Origin: Microbotryum violaceum
Taxonomy: Eukaryota
Length of the DNA stretch: 64,000 bases
NCBI GenBank assembly: GCA_001244265.2
Contig: CDLV01000004.1
Location: forward strand, 744,001 to 808,000
Direction of reading: 5' to 3'
A model generated the notes under the pieces. That model saw only the letters and a list, made by a program, of their open reading frames with translations. It was not told the origin of the DNA and did not search any database. This document shows, piece after piece, positions 1-13,153 of this stretch. Position numbers and translations under genes: made by a program. Position 1 is the stretch's first letter, and the number at the start of each line of letters is the position of its first letter.

Positions 1-890
1 GTTCGGGGGGTTCAGCGTTGTCACCAAATCCCAGGCTTCGAAATAGCGGATCCATCGTGGAGGGAGCAGGGCCTTCGTCTTCCTCACTGCGCGTTCCCAC
101 TGTGGAGGAGGGTGGCAAAAGTAGGCCCACCAGATCCAGACCCACGAGCGACGATGTGGGTTGGGGCCTGATTTGGGCAAGGTAAAGGGGGTGCGTTCGT
201 TCGCCGCCTGAAGGCGAGTGCGGATGTCGAAGAGGTGCCGAATGAAGCAGCCGTCCGGGTCCCGAAGATGAAAGACCCACTTGGCGTGATCGACCGCGAG
301 GCGCCGAGGTAAGTCAATCAAGCCAAAGCCGCCGTGGTCGAGAGGGGTGCAGAGGCGCAGCCGAGAGACCTTCGGGGTTTCTGAGATCCGTCCGAGGCTC
401 GACCGTGGATAGCGATCATGACCGCGTCCTCGATCTCCTTGACGACGCTCTTGGAAGCTGGGATGAAACGATTATGGTAGAGAATCTTCGTGTAGCAGTA
501 GATATTGATTATCGAACATTTCGCTGCGTACGGAAGGTCGTACATTGGGATGGATCGTATCCGGGCGACGGTCGCGGACTTGACCTCCTCCCAGCCCGCA
601 TCCTCGGCGATGTCCACCCCAACCTGCACTCCCAGGTAACGAAACTGCGAGTCGCTGAGACGCCAGGACCCGAGGTGTGAAGGGATCGGACGGTCCCTGA
701 ATGACCCGAGGGGTAGAGGAAAGATTTGGCGTTGCTGAGCTTGCTGGCACTTGCCCGCTCGTACAGCTCGATCGCCCGATTGAGGTGGTCGAGGTCCGAG
801 GTGTCGTGGAGAGCACAGCAGGCATCGTCGGCAAAGAGAAGTTCTCGTATGGTTGGGAGTCCCGGGCTCGCGCGCCCCCTCCGGGGGCGC
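1..890 (-). pseudogene. Non-LTR retrotransposon (L1/Tx1-like) reverse transcriptase fragment, frameshifted
   Basis: ELLFADDACC (RT catalytic motif), YERASASKLSNAKS and FRYLGVQVG are split across ORFs 509-934 and 318-959. Confidence 0.85.
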
Positions 891-1087
891 GTTAATCCAA
901 ATTTCCAACGCGTATAATAAGCCCATAACTGCACGCGCCTCGTTCGGACGCGACGTCAACGTTCAGCGCTCAGCGCTCAGCTCACACCATTTACCGCCTT
1001 CTCACGTTGACTCACCCCGCCCATCCTACAACTACGCACCACCCCCCAACCCCACATCCACACCCAATCGGATCGCACCCACCCACG

Positions 1088-2931
1088 ATGCCACCCGCCG
1101 CCACTCCCGAGCTACTCGCTGCCGAACCGGGGGACCTAAACACCATTGGAGTCTAGACGTTGCTTTCCCAGGTCAGTCCTCTCCACTCTTGTACGTTCCT
1201 AACCAGACCAGAATATGTACTCAGAGAAACTGTTGACAAATACTATACAGTGTATGCGATGGCGTTCATCGATGATGAGACGATCGTTTTGGGAGGCGGT
1301 GGGGGTTCGTCCAGGACTGGAGTCAAGAATAGGTTGGTGAGTTCATCCTATTTCGCAAAAGATGTATCAAAGCATCATATCTCCCGATCTAGTTCGTCTA
1401 CAATCGTAACCCCGACCCGCGCCTTCATCTCGTTCGATGACGTTGCAGTTCTCCGCGCGCTGACTCCCTCTCTGATTCCCTGGAAACAGAGCATGCACAA
1501 GATCGACCTCGAAAAACGGCAATTCCACCTCAAAACCGAATACGACTTGTCCAAGACCGAAGATGCGCCGATGACGATCGTCGTTTTACCCGAGGTCCGT
1601 TCGGGGACAGAGAGAGAATGTGGGGATGGATTCAGATGGTAGCTGATCGTTGTTTATGATCAGACGAAATCATTGGTAGCCGGAATCAATTCGGATGCGC
1701 AAACGCTCGCAAGGGGGAAGAATGAGAACCTCAGAGTTTTCACCTACTCCGACAAAGAGTGACTTGGCCCTCCCTCCGTATCCTCGAACCATCCCCCACT
1801 CCCAAAGGCTGACCCTAATCGTCACCCCCATAGGATCATTTACCAGAAACGAAAACAAATCCTTCGCTCCACTTTAGAAGATCACTATCAAAAAGTTACC
1901 GCTTTCGCGAGGACCAAACCTTACCTCCATATGATCGCTTTGGGTTCAACCGATAGTCAATTCTCCGTGTTGACCTTTCCGGAATTGCAAGAGGTTTTAC
2001 CGACGATCGAGTACGATGGTGACGAGATGTTTGATGTCGATTTTCATGATGATGCTACGATGGTCAGTTTCAGGGGAATGCCAGAGCCTTCGGGGGAGCC
2101 TTCGGGGGATAGAACGGGAATAGACTGATCAAACCCCGCCCTTTATCGAACCCATCGCGACAGGTGCTCGGAGCCAGCGCCAATAAACTCTGCATCTGGC
2201 CTACCCAAGTCCCCGAGGATAAATTCGAACCTCTTTCCGCTCTACAAGTGATCGAACGCCCCACCGTAGCCCCCCATTCATCGTGCACGTTCCGCGCCGC
2301 CAAATTCGGTCGAAAACTCACTAAAGATCATATCTACACGATCGTTAATTCGACCCCTAAAGTGAGAAGTCGTAAACCGGGCAAAAATGATAAAAAGAGT
2401 TTTGTGAGCGTTTGGGATGCGAAAGAGTGGAAGTTGAAGAAGACGAGGAAGGTTAGTATGAAGCCGATTACGGCGTTTGATATCAGGTTAGTTTTAGCGC
2501 TATGGACGAGTGATCGATCGGGCTAGAAAAGCTGATATGATGATGTGATGATGTGATGATGTGGGTGAGACAGTTCGGACGGAACGATGTTGGCATACGG
2601 TTCTTCGGACCTATCAGTAGGAGTCCTAGACGCTCAAACATTACGACCGATCGTTACCATCCTTTCCGCTCACGGCTTTCCAGTCACTTCCTTACAATTC
2701 TCCCCTTCCGGACACCTCGTCGTTTCAGGCTCAGCGGATAATTCGGTACGGATCATTCATGTACCGCCGAGGGATAAGAGGGGGACTGAAGGGAGGGGTT
2801 GGAAAATGGGGTTGGTGTGGACTTTGGTGGTTTTGGGACTGGCGATTTGGATTCAGGGCGTTTGGTTTGGGCAGGGGGTGAGGGAGGAGGAGGGGAGGGG
2901 GAGGGGGCGGCGGTGGGCATGTAGGGCTTGA
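1088..2931 (+). CDS. SEC12: SEC12/PREB-like Sar1 GEF (WD40 repeats, C-terminal TM), about 7 exons
   Basis: Splicing gives AFP|VYAMAF...LGGGGGSSRTGVKNRL (Sec12 K-loop), EDAPMT, WD40 repeats (AHGFPVTSLQFSPSG..VSGSADNSVRI) and a C-terminal TM segment. GT-AG introns include 1172-1250, 1337-1489 and 1595-1663. The start codon is uncertain (see findings). Confidence 0.88.
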
Positions 2932-3196
2932 GGGTGATGAAATGAGATCTAGAGCCGGCGTGGTTATTTTATGCTGTATAGTCTTCCACTTTTTCCCAGT
3001 GTTGCATCAAAAGGTGCTTTACCCAATTCAAGGTCGGTGAATTCGAAAAACGAGTGAGGTCACGACCTCGACCAAGCTCGAGTCAGACGACGCACGCTCA
3101 CGACGACGTACCTCGTGACCCGACCGCCGCCGTCCGCTGTCACTCTTACACCGCACTCCCTACTTCACATCGACTCGGACAAAGCGAACAAAAGTC

Positions 3197-3699
3197 ATGT
3201 CTTCCCCACCCAATCTACTCGCTGGATACCCCGCTTCAGGTTAGTACCCTTAAACCACTTCTGGGGCTCCCTGTAGTAAAGGTATGGGAACAAGGGACGA
3301 CGGTGGAGAGATTGTGGGCAGCAGCACTTGAAGGGGAGGCGGAGAGGAAGGAAGGTGGGGTGGGGTTTTACCGCCTTCCGGGCGCCGGTACGACGTCTAG
3401 TAGTAGTAGTTCGATTGCGGAGGGATGGAAAGGGGGTATGAGGTTCTCTAAGTTGTGGTGAGAAGGTTTACTGAGAACACATTTTTGCGCTTGGTTCACC
3501 ACATTTTTTTGGGGGGGGGGGGGGGGGGGGGGGGGAATCAACGTAGTCAAAGTCGGTGGAGTACGTCATGCCGATTTGAGTAGTTCGCCACCGAAGCATC
3601 TTCAGTGAGTTTCGAAAACTTGACCGATTCAATGTACCCCTTTTCGTCTCCCAACTAGAATTCACCGGAAAGAAGAGGGTTTTATGGGAGAGAACTTGA
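3197..3699 (+). CDS. Possible small spliced gene of unknown function
   Basis: Open frame to 3461 followed by GTGAGA/GTGAGT donors and AG acceptors. I could not build a consistent reading frame and recognised no domain. Confidence 0.25.
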
Positions 3700-4271
3700 C
3701 CGAGCTGATTGAACGCGTCGATTCATTTTAAGTTTCAACCCCTCCTCCTCTACCCCCGGCGGCGGCGTTAAACGAAGGACTTCGATGAGCAAGCCTTGCG
3801 CTGGAGCTGCTCAAGAGACCGAGCAAGGCGCCAAAGAGGGAGGGACACGAGACTTTGAAGGTCGATAAGGAGAGGGAAGGGGGTTATCCAAGGCCTGAGT
3901 GAGGGGCTTGGGGATGGACGATGGACGATGGGGATGAGGGGTGGGGTCACGGTGGGCTTGGCTGGATTTGTCAGTGATCGAGGGGGAGGGGGTACTTGGC
4001 AGGGTTTTCCGAGCACAGTGGGGTGTTTGTGGTGTCGCGCGAGATCCTTGTTTTCTGTAGTTCTAGTGATTTTTCAACATATACTTCCCTGAATTGGATC
4101 GAGAATTTAGACAATTTGCCCGACTCGATCGCCAAACTGATTCGGGTGTACGAACTGGCTAAAACGAACGCGGGTTTCGCTCTTGACATCATCCCAACTT
4201 GGGCCCGCTCGAATCGCCCGTTTCTTCTTTCAACCACCACACCTTCATCCCAACGCACCCAATCACGCATC

Positions 4272-6040
4272 ATGTCGGACAAGGAAACCTTGTTATCGAT
4301 GGGATTCTTTGAGGCGCAGGTAAGGTCGAGCAATAAGCTATACGACGTGTTTGAGAGAGGTGCTGACGTATGCGCTCCCCACCCCCTTTGTCGTGTTCCT
4401 GATCGGACCTACGACGCGTAATCGTGCTCATCAATCATCTTATTTCGAATCAAACCATCGTTCCCTCCTCCCCACCCACAAAACACTTTCCCACACCTCG
4501 TCCAACCCACCTCCAACAGGTGATCAAAGCCCTTTCAGCGACGAAAAACGCCGGTCTTTCCCAAGCGTTGGACTACATCGATGAACACGCGAATGAACCG
4601 AGCGGGTTCTGGGACGTACCGTTTGAGAAACCGGCCAAGACTACGACGGGGGTTGGGGAGCATGAGGAAGGGGATGAAGAAGGTGCGCCTGGTGGGGCGG
4701 CGGAAGCGAAGGTACGTTTTTTTTAGGTGTTTTTCAATTCCAGAAAGAGGGGGTGGGGGTTGAAAGACTATGTTTCTTTTCTTTGGCGTTATTATTTTAA
4801 CGCTACGTTTTATGCTCCGAAATTATCCCCTTGCTCCTCGCCCTTTGGCGAAAAACTTTCCCCCCCCCCCCTCCCCCACAGAGTCTGACGTGCACCGACT
4901 GCGGTAAACGCTTTCGCAACCACGCTTTGGCAAGCTATCATGGAGAGAAGAGTGGGCATGAGAACTTTGAAGAGGTGCGTAATTGGAGGAGGGGTCGGCT
5001 TGTTGAGTAGGGGAGCGTTCGGGAGAGTTTTACGCACTAATTCCACGCTGGTTCGTTTCTTGGTTCTGGTGTCGTTGGATTTGTTCGATGACTCGGCAGT
5101 CGACGGAAGAGACTTCCCCTTTGACCGAGGAAGAAAGAAAGGCCAAACTAGCCGAGGTGGGTTTACGACCATGGGAATGAGCACTTTGCCCTCCACTTCC
5201 CTATTGCCTCTCGCTAAAGGACCCCCCCCTTTTTCCCCGTAACTCCCAATCACAGCTACAAGAACGTATGCTCGCCAAGAAGAAACTCCAACAAGCCAAG
5301 GACCGCGAAGAAACTTTGAAGAATGATGCGATTCATCGTAAAACCGGTAAAGACCAAGCGCAAATCAAGGCCGATCTACAACTCAAAGCGGCGCAACAAG
5401 AGGCTGCGCAAAGGGCCAAGGATAAATTGGAGGATGCGCAAGCGAGGGCGACGATCAAGGCTCAGATCGAGGCGGATAAGAAGGCTAGGTTGGAGAAGGC
5501 GAAGAAGGAGAAGGCTTTGAGGGAGGGTGGGATCGTCGATGTTGGAGAGGAGGCGGCGGAAATAACGGCGGGGACGAGTGCGGGTGGGCTCAAGAGTGCG
5601 AGTGCGCCCGTCAAAACGTATGATCAGACGAGGTTGCAGATTAGGGTACCAGATGGCCCGCCTTTGGTTCATGCTGTAGCTTCGACGGAGACGTTGGGGG
5701 CGGTGGTGGAGTGGATCCAGGGGCAGACGGGCCTGGATGAACCGGGTTTGAGTTCGGCATTCCCAAGGTGAGTGTTGCAGTCATGGCATGATGCGTTAGT
5801 TGAAGAATTTTATTGGGCTTACCCTATGTGTTTGCTTTGGGTGGTGCTGTAGCAAAACTTACTCGCCGAGCGAGTACGGCAAGACGATGTCCGAGTTGGG
5901 TTTGGCGCCTTCGGTGAGTTATAAATTTCTACAACCTCCTCGTCGTGGAGGAACATAATAATTCACTGGCTCTTGAGCGTGATATAATTCTATGATTGCT
6001 TGCATCGAAACTTTCCTAGGCCGTTCTCATGGTGGTCTGA
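4272..6040 (+). CDS. UBA + C2H2 zinc finger + coiled-coil + UBX protein (UBXN1/SAKS1-like Cdc48 adaptor), 7 exons
   Basis: MSDKETLLSMGF..|VIKALSATKNAGLSQALDYI (UBA); CTDCGKRFRNHALASYHGEKSGHENFEE (zinc finger); IKAQIEADKKAR; TRLQIRVPDG...FP..ELGLAPS|AVLMVV* (UBX). Introns are canonical and the TGA is at 6038-6040. Confidence 0.92.
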
Positions 6041-6106
6041 GTGGTACAGGAACCAAAAGACAAATGTGAAGGGTTTGAGCAAACTTTCCGGGGCGCTGGC
6101 GGTGTA

Positions 6107-6270
6107 CAGGGAGTGCTAACTTCGCCAACAACTTCAGGCGCGCGCGCGCGCTTGAGGCCCGCTTGCGGCCCGATTAGGCATGAAGTTGGCGAAGTTAGCA
6201 GAGGCGTGGGGGAAGTTGGCAGAAAGGCGGGGGAAGTTGGCATTGGCCCACGGGAAGTTAGCAGAAGTCA
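6107..6270. repeat. Inverted repeat plus GAAGTT(G/A)GC array; candidate DNA transposon end
   Basis: TGCTAACTTCGCCAAC is the reverse complement of GTTGGCGAAGTTAGCA (~6185-6200). About five GAAGTTRGC copies follow, and the region starts TA|CAGGG. Confidence 0.5.
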
Positions 6271-6671
6271 CGTGTCCCCCGCGGCGCGACAATCGCATCG
6301 AGCTCTTTCTCAGCCCCCTACCTGTCCTGATCTATGTATGCCCAACGTCCGCACTTCTTCGGCCTTCGAGCCAACACAACGTACTTTGCCACGTCACCGC
6401 AAGACTCGCCATCAATTGTTGATCTCATCCGATGCCGTTCAGCAAAGCCGATCGAAACGATTTGGCGTGAACAGCACGCCTGGGCGAGACACTGAACTAG
6501 CACACTTTACACTTTACGTTGACAAAGACACGGAGTTGGGCTGTAATCCAATGCTCATCAACCTACATGAGCCATCGATCGAGCAAGACCGCCATTAATC
6601 TAGCATCACGAGCGCACCGACGTCAGGCTCCCGAGGTCCGCCGTCCACCGCGTTCCATCGTCGTCAACCGC

Positions 6672-7930
6672 CTACAACGTCCCAAAGCATTCTTGAAGAC
6701 GATCAGACCGATAAAGAAGCAAGTAGCAAAACTTGGAATACCCGCTGAGCAATACCTTCAGATAAGCCAAGTTCAGGAGTCGCCAATAAGGATCAGGTCG
6801 GAGCCAACGTTGGTCGACCACTATCGTTGGACTACGCAAGAAGTGCAGGTCAATGGTAACAGCTCGAACACTAAGGGTCTTCTCGGTGATATCCTTTGCT
6901 AAGCTTACATCCATCGTCACAACATCTGCCATGAAGTAGAGCCGTTCGAGAAGAGGTACCGTGAGTCGTCGCCCGACCAATAGCCCGTTCCCCCTGCCGC
7001 TCCATCTCGTGTACTGAAGTCGGCGTTTCTGTGTTCCCCGTTCCCAGAGGAGTGACTAGAAAGAAATCCGTTCATACTCCGATACCCAGTCCGACTCGTT
7101 CAACGCATCTATAGTCACTTTGAGCTACCCTTCGCTTCGACTTTAGTTCTACCGAGCCCACCCGGTCCGTATGGTCGAAGATCCGAACGGACGCCGTCTC
7201 TCAAGTGAGCAGAGCACCGGACAAAGTTAGTTACTACTAAAAAGAATCGAACACACTTTACAAGCATCAGACGGCAAGAATGTCGGGTCTTGTGCTCCCT
7301 CGGCGATTGAGGATTTGGAACTGCGGCGGGACGAAATCGTGACTCGATGCAACCACTAAGATCGGAACACAAGGAGGATACAGATTGGCTCCACGACCTG
7401 CCATCCAGCGTGCCATCACTTCGCACTACCAACAGCCTTTGTATGAAGCTCGCAAGAAGAAGGACTGGCGTGAGTTCATGCTCGGCGGACCATATGACAA
7501 GATCTTCTGACCTCGGCTTGATCCTTATCGGCATCAGTATCGATCGGCATCCTTCCCTGCGCTTCTCACATGGGCATCCTCGGTATCTTGATATTTCATC
7601 GACCTTCAATTTACGAATTATTCCACCATTCAGGATGTGCTCCAATGGATACCAGCGCAACAAAACGGTCCTCAAGAACGGTGATTCGAGACTCGTTGGT
7701 AGTTCGGATTGGCCTCGCCGAACCAGCGATCTCAATCGACCGGTGCCTTACTCTAAGCATTGGAACTCCAACACGGTGAGATGTTCGTACAGTTTTTGTG
7801 GAAGCCATTTCTGGTAAAGCAAAGGATATATCATGTAATCCACGTGTTCAAAGCTTGTTTGTTTCATTGCTCTGTACACTGCTGTCCGAGCTTTGAAAAG
7901 GCTTTGAAGTGCACCTCGGGCAGACATAAA
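6672..7930 (-). pseudogene. Degenerate ORF remnant of unknown function
   Basis: Collinear minus-strand ORFs 7748-7969, 7115-7735 and 6672-6980 separated by stops; no recognised domain. Confidence 0.25.
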
Positions 7931-8111
7931 AAATACGCCTAAACAGGCGCGCGCGCAGCGCCCCCTCACGTGCCTTCCAAGTCACTGCCCCAGCGGGGTG
8001 TACCCTTGCTACCCAGGGTCATCCCAGGATGGCAACCATCCCTCGGCCATCCCACGGCCGTCCCGGCCCCGTCCCAAAGCCATCCTCAGAATATCCACCT
8101 TTTTTTCTATG

Positions 8112-8192
8112 TTGAATGTCAACCCTCGAGTTGTTTCGTCACCGTCAGCTGGTGACACTGCATACGTGAGTTATCCCTTGACATGGCTGTGC
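8112..8192 (+). mobile_element. Helitron internal fragment
   Basis: Near-identical to 15040-15120 and to the reverse complement of ~18325-18405, both inside Helitrons. Confidence 0.7.
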
Positions 8193-8194
8193 TC

Positions 8195-9300
8195 TTTTTT
8201 TTTTGACTGGGGCTCATAAATTGCTATCCTTCGGGTTGGCTGGGACCGCTACAAAAAGAGCTAAAGGAGGTTATAAAGCAACGACGGCAAGCAGTTGGGT
8301 GAAAGTCAAACCCCTGCGCGCAAAGAGCGCTGCGCAGATCAAAACCCGCCGAGCACCTAACGCGGACTCCAACGGGCGGTGAGTACTGCTGCCGCTTCAC
8401 GTCCCAAGAGCGGGACCAAAGATACTCGAAAATCAGGCAAGAGCGCCTAGAGAAAGAAGGGGGAGAGTATACAGAAAGTCACGACTGGGGATACGGAGAA
8501 CCAGGAATACTAAGACAGAGAGGAGGGGAACACACCCGAGGGGCCAAGGGAGGGGGTCGAAGCCGGAGATAAAGGTCCCCAGGGACTAACAGGCCGCAGC
8601 CAAGCCCCAGCTACTCGTCACCCGACAGCGCCTGATGTCCTCCCTTGGCTGAATCTCGAGTGCTGGCTGTTGAGCCGTCGGGGCCGAGAGAAAAGCGATC
8701 CAGTACACCGAAACGAGCCTCGCCTTGACGCGAGGATATTGACCAGAAACGAGCGACCTTCCTTCCCGAGCCATGCCGTAGATCTTGGCCAACGCGAACG
8801 AACGAACCATTCGACGGAATCCAACACACGGCTTAGGAGTAAAAGGAGAAGTGGCTGAAGCGTAGTCAACAACCGAGCCACAGGAACGAGAAGAGGAAGG
8901 GAAGGGAAAAAGGGGGGAAAGGAGAGAGAAAAACTTCACAAAGCCTCCAACGCAAAGACGATCGTACTGGCTTGCCGATCCATCCAAGAACGAAAACCGC
9001 TACTGCGCAAAGTAGAGAGAGAGAGAGACAGAGAGGTGCGCGGCCTTCCACTGCGCAACAAGTTTCGAGACAGTCAGCTTCTGAAAGAGAAGTCGACCTC
9101 CGAAAAAGAAGGGAGGAAAGGAGGGGAGGAAAATGGGAAGGAAGGACTTAACTCGGTCATCATACCTCCCAATCTCGAGCCCCAGCCACAAAGCCCGCTC
9201 GAGAGAAAAAATCTCGCTCGAACGCTCTGAGTGCACTGGGGAGCGAGGGAGGGGCCACGACCTTGTCCAGCTCGAACCGCTGATGAACGCGCCAGCGGAA
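8195..9300 (-). mobile_element. Probable 5'-truncated LINE 3' end (ORF C-terminus, long 3' UTR, poly-A)
   Basis: T-tract at ~8195-8205 (poly-A on minus), pyrimidine-rich UTR and short terminal ORF (..RAFERDFFSRAGFVAGARDWEV*), with Helitron sequence on both sides. Confidence 0.45.
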
Positions 9301-10728
9301 GTCTCTGTGCTGTCGGGTCCTTGAAGTCGTGTGTTGGTGGCCTCGGCCGGGTCGATCAGCCATGTCTGGGCAAAGGCTGGGCGTTGATTCACGGCAGGGA
9401 TCAGGGCACCGAGTCAATGATAGAGGCGGCCGAACACGCGAAACACGGGAGGTCCTAGAGTGCCCACTTGGGTTTGGTCCCAGTGGGCAGCGAGCGAAGT
9501 AAAGGATAGTGCGTTATTGTAAGACCGGGCATTCTCGCGAAATGCTTTAGCGTCTGTGTAGGTGCATCGCACAGTTCAGCATGTGGGCCATACTGCAGAG
9601 AGATGTTGTTGGACGGAGCAACTGACCGCTATCCGAGCCTTGAAGAAGCTGCCGATACTCGAGATTGGGCTGGGGAGGGGAGGTAGCCGCACCTTGCCCT
9701 GCGAGCAGCACGCGCTGAAGTGTCTGGTCGACTTGGACCTTTCGCACTCCCAGTGCCGAGCCTTACAGTGGGTGCACACGGCCGTCTGGGGGCCGAGGTC
9801 GTCGCGGATCGAAACGTGGGGCTTGAGGGGTTTGAGCGCGATTCGAGCCCGGCGAACCCGCCTTTGCGGAGGAGGTGGTGGTGGGGCGAGCCCAGCGTCG
9901 AGTTGGCCATCGCGCTAACCACGCTGTCCGTTCTGCACAGCTGCACGGCGGGCTCGTATACGTGTCGCAATGCCAAGATCGGTTGAATTGTTGTCATGAC
10001 GCGCCGGGGGGCCGATTCTGTTGATCGGTGCGGGACGAAGAGGAGGGTCGAGCCGCGGGGCGCCCAGCAGCGGGCGCTCGAGCAGGCCCATGGTACGCTG
10101 CCACCCTCGCGCCCAAGAACTTGGCGAGGTTGCGATGACCCTCCCTGGCGACCTTGGGACCGGGGCATTACACAGTAGCGAAGGTTTGTTCTTGAATGAA
10201 TGTCACTAAAATTAGATGAGAGTGGGAGGGAGAAAGGAAAGGTTCGAGGAGTGGCACAGGATTATTTACGTGGTTTGTTTTGTTGTTTAGCCCCTAATGC
10301 CGGTGGTCGACTGCCGGACGGGCAATGACACGGCGGGCGCGCCGCATCACGTGACAATGGTTAGCCCTCGCCCCGCGCGTCAGCCGCCAGGCACCAGGCG
10401 GAGCTGTGCTGTAGAAGCAATGTCATGCAAAGCCACGCGCTTGCCGTCCATTAAATGCAATATAAGTGTAAGCACTGTTTGACGTCAACTGAAAAAGGAA
10501 AGAAAAAAAAACTGGGAGCGCTGTAGCTTCGTTGGAACGGCGCGGAAAATACAAAAGTCACCACAGGGCTTGTACATGACTTCTGATCGGAACCCCGGCG
10601 CCACAGGCAGGTGCGGCAGACACAACAGTATGCTGGTGCATCCACCACAGGCGGCCCTCCGGGCCGCAACCTAGTTAAAAACAGCGATTTTAGGTACATT
10701 CCTCAACTCACCTTTTTTTATATATAGA
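9301..10728 (-). mobile_element. Helitron 5' portion with Rep N-terminus
   Basis: CTHCKARHWECE..FSACCSQGKVRLPPLP and PAFAQTWLIDP (Helitron Rep N-terminus). Shared with 36480-37390. Ends in TCTATATATAAAA on the minus strand. Confidence 0.85.
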
Positions 10729-10852
10729 GGTAGTAAAGGCCAAAAAAGGGCGTTTTTCCGCATGCGCCTCTGGCTGGGCTTTCTGGGGTCCTTGGTCACG
10801 CGACAGGACGTTGGCGATCAAAACGGTATTCAATACCGTTGATGCGGGAACG

Positions 10853-12655
10853 TGTATGATTCGTCTTGATGGCATGTGAAGGGCGGTGTAAAGGAGGCCG
10901 CCGGAGACGTAAACAGTCCCAACTTGTAGCGCAGTGTTGACCGTGGTGTCAAAGAGCATGGTGATACTGGAAGGAAGGTGGATAGTGAAAGGAAGTGCGG
11001 GGAAGTGATGAAGAGGAGAGAGAAAGAGAAACGGAAGTCGGAATTGAAGTTGTGGATGGTGGAGTCTTGGAATCAAAGGCGGAGTCCTGCCAGGAGTGGG
11101 TCACAATTCGACGAGCGCGTGATCAATTGCAAGAGTTCCCTGGGGCAGGGCCGGCGGAAGCTTGATCGGAGCGTTCCCTGTTTCGGCCGCGGCGCTTTGC
11201 TGTTCCAGGAGTTACCCCACCCTTTGAGAGCTGCGCTCCTGAGCGGCTTGAGACTCGCTGCGGGGCCGATTTCGCGGCGCGAGGGTGCTGAATGTGGAAT
11301 TGCTCGACGAGGTCGATGGCGTGATCAAGAATGTAGTCTCTAACCCATTGTGGATTAGTGTCTGAGAGAGGTCCACACCATTGAACAAGATATTGGAGGG
11401 CACCACTTCGAGTGCGAGAGTCAAGTATTGCCTCAATTTCGTGTTCGTCATTGCCGTCGATGATAGTGACAGGAGGTGGTGGTCTGATGCGTCCTTTGAT
11501 AGTTGATTCGTGGTATTTCCACAAAAGCGAAACGTGTATGACGTTGTGGACGCGAAGGGAGGGCGGTAGTTCCAGGCGAAAAGCGGAGCGCCCAACAGGG
11601 CCAAGGATTTTGAAGGGTCCCAACCATTTGAAGTCAAGCTTCTTGGATTCGCGCACGGTTTCAATGTTCCTGGCACTTAGCCACACAAAGTCGTCTCTCT
11701 TGAATTGGGGGTTCTCGTTCCTTGTCTTGTTATAGTTCCTTTTCATTTTGGATATCGTGGCAGCAAAGTCGTACCGCATAAGGGCATGCGTGTCTCGGAG
11801 CGTGTCGTAGTGGTTCAATGTGAACGTGTTTTGAGTTTTGCTGCTGTAGCTCGGAAGGGTGAGGTTGACTGTAGGGTGATATCTGTAATTCGCGAAAAAT
11901 GGGGTCTGTTTGGTGGACAAGTGTTTCATCAAATTGTAGGCGAATTGCGCAAGTGGGAGGAGATCTTCCCAGTCGCTCTGCCGATGGTTGGTGTAGAGAC
12001 GGAGATATTGCTCGATAATTTGGTTGAGCCGTTCGGTTTGTCCGTCCGTTTGAGGGTGAAACAAAGTTGAAAGGTTGGTCTTGACGCGAGTGAGCTGGCA
12101 GAGACACTGCCAGAAGTCAGAAGTGAAGACCGAACCTCGGTCGGAAATGATGTCCTTAGGGAGTCCGTGAGAGGAGACAATGAAGCGGTAGAAGAGGTAG
12201 GCTATCACGGGTGCTGTAGCACCTTCTTCCTTGAAAGGAATGAAGTAGCCCATCTTGGTAAAACGATCGATGACGACGAAAATTGAATTGTTGCCTTGAA
12301 CGATTTGGGTAGTTTGACATTGAAGTCCATGGCAATGGACTGCCAAGGGCCGTCGGGGATTGGTAGAGGTTGAAGGAGACCGTGGGGTCGGTCGCGACGA
12401 GTCTTGGACCGTTGGTATAGGTCGCATGTGGCGATGTAGTTGGTGACGAATTGTTTGGCGTTTGGAAACCAGAATTCCCGCTTGATAAGGTCAAGTGTTT
12501 TCTCAATGCCGGGATGTCCTGCACTTGGTGCATTGTGGGTAGCTTTGAGGACGGCCAGTCGCGCTCGTGTATCGTTGGGTACAAAAGGCTTGCGATTCCA
12601 GAGTGAGCAGTCTTTGTGGATCCCCCAACAATGGTGACCGAGTTTTCTTGACGCA
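10853..12655 (-). mobile_element. Ty3/gypsy chromovirus fragment: integrase, chromodomain and probable 3' LTR
   Basis: [15 protein letters not shown] zinc finger, [48 protein letters not shown] purine tract precedes the presumed LTR near 11216. Confidence 0.9.
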
Positions 12656-13153
12656 TGCGGCAGGCATTTGTTGTTCCCATATTCGTTGCAGAGCTTCCAC
12701 GACAACCACTTCGGATGTTGCGAGCTCGAGGTGGCGATGGGTAAGGTGTGAAGAGCAGGAGGGAGAAAGATGGAGAAGCCTGCGCCTCAGTTTAAGCCGG
12801 ACTAATAGAATGTCGTGGAAGGTCGCAGAACGTCGTGGAGTGAAGCCCGAAGCAGAGGGTCAGGTGCCAGGCTGCTTTGATGGGAAATGGAACCTCGACG
12901 AACATGGACGGAACGGTCTGTCGCCACGTGGTTTGTCTCCCGTTCTCTGACGTTCTTTGACGTCGACGTGGTAGACACGCAAAACAGTCTGCTTTGGAAC
13001 ACATAGAGTCACGTGCTATTCAATGGAACCTCGGCAAACGTAGGCGAAACGGTCTGAAACAGCGTTAGCTAGCTGGGACGCTGGACCGAGAGCTGCCTAT
13101 GACGTCACGCGATGTGGTTTGTCTTTGTCTCAGGACGTTTTACTACCTCTTTA
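12655..13153 (-). mobile_element. Non-autonomous Helitron 5' segment
   Basis: 12745-13140 matches 18425-18840, which abuts a 5'-TC terminus. Confidence 0.75.

Noticed and set aside
8620-8760. Hammerhead ribozyme (CTGTTGAG...GAAAC)
   Set aside because: The core deviates from CUGANGA and I could not build the required stems.
9295-9310. LINEs targeting the same Helitron site (here and near 31150)
   Set aside because: Helitron homology at the second site continues to ~31110, so the junctions differ by tens of bases.
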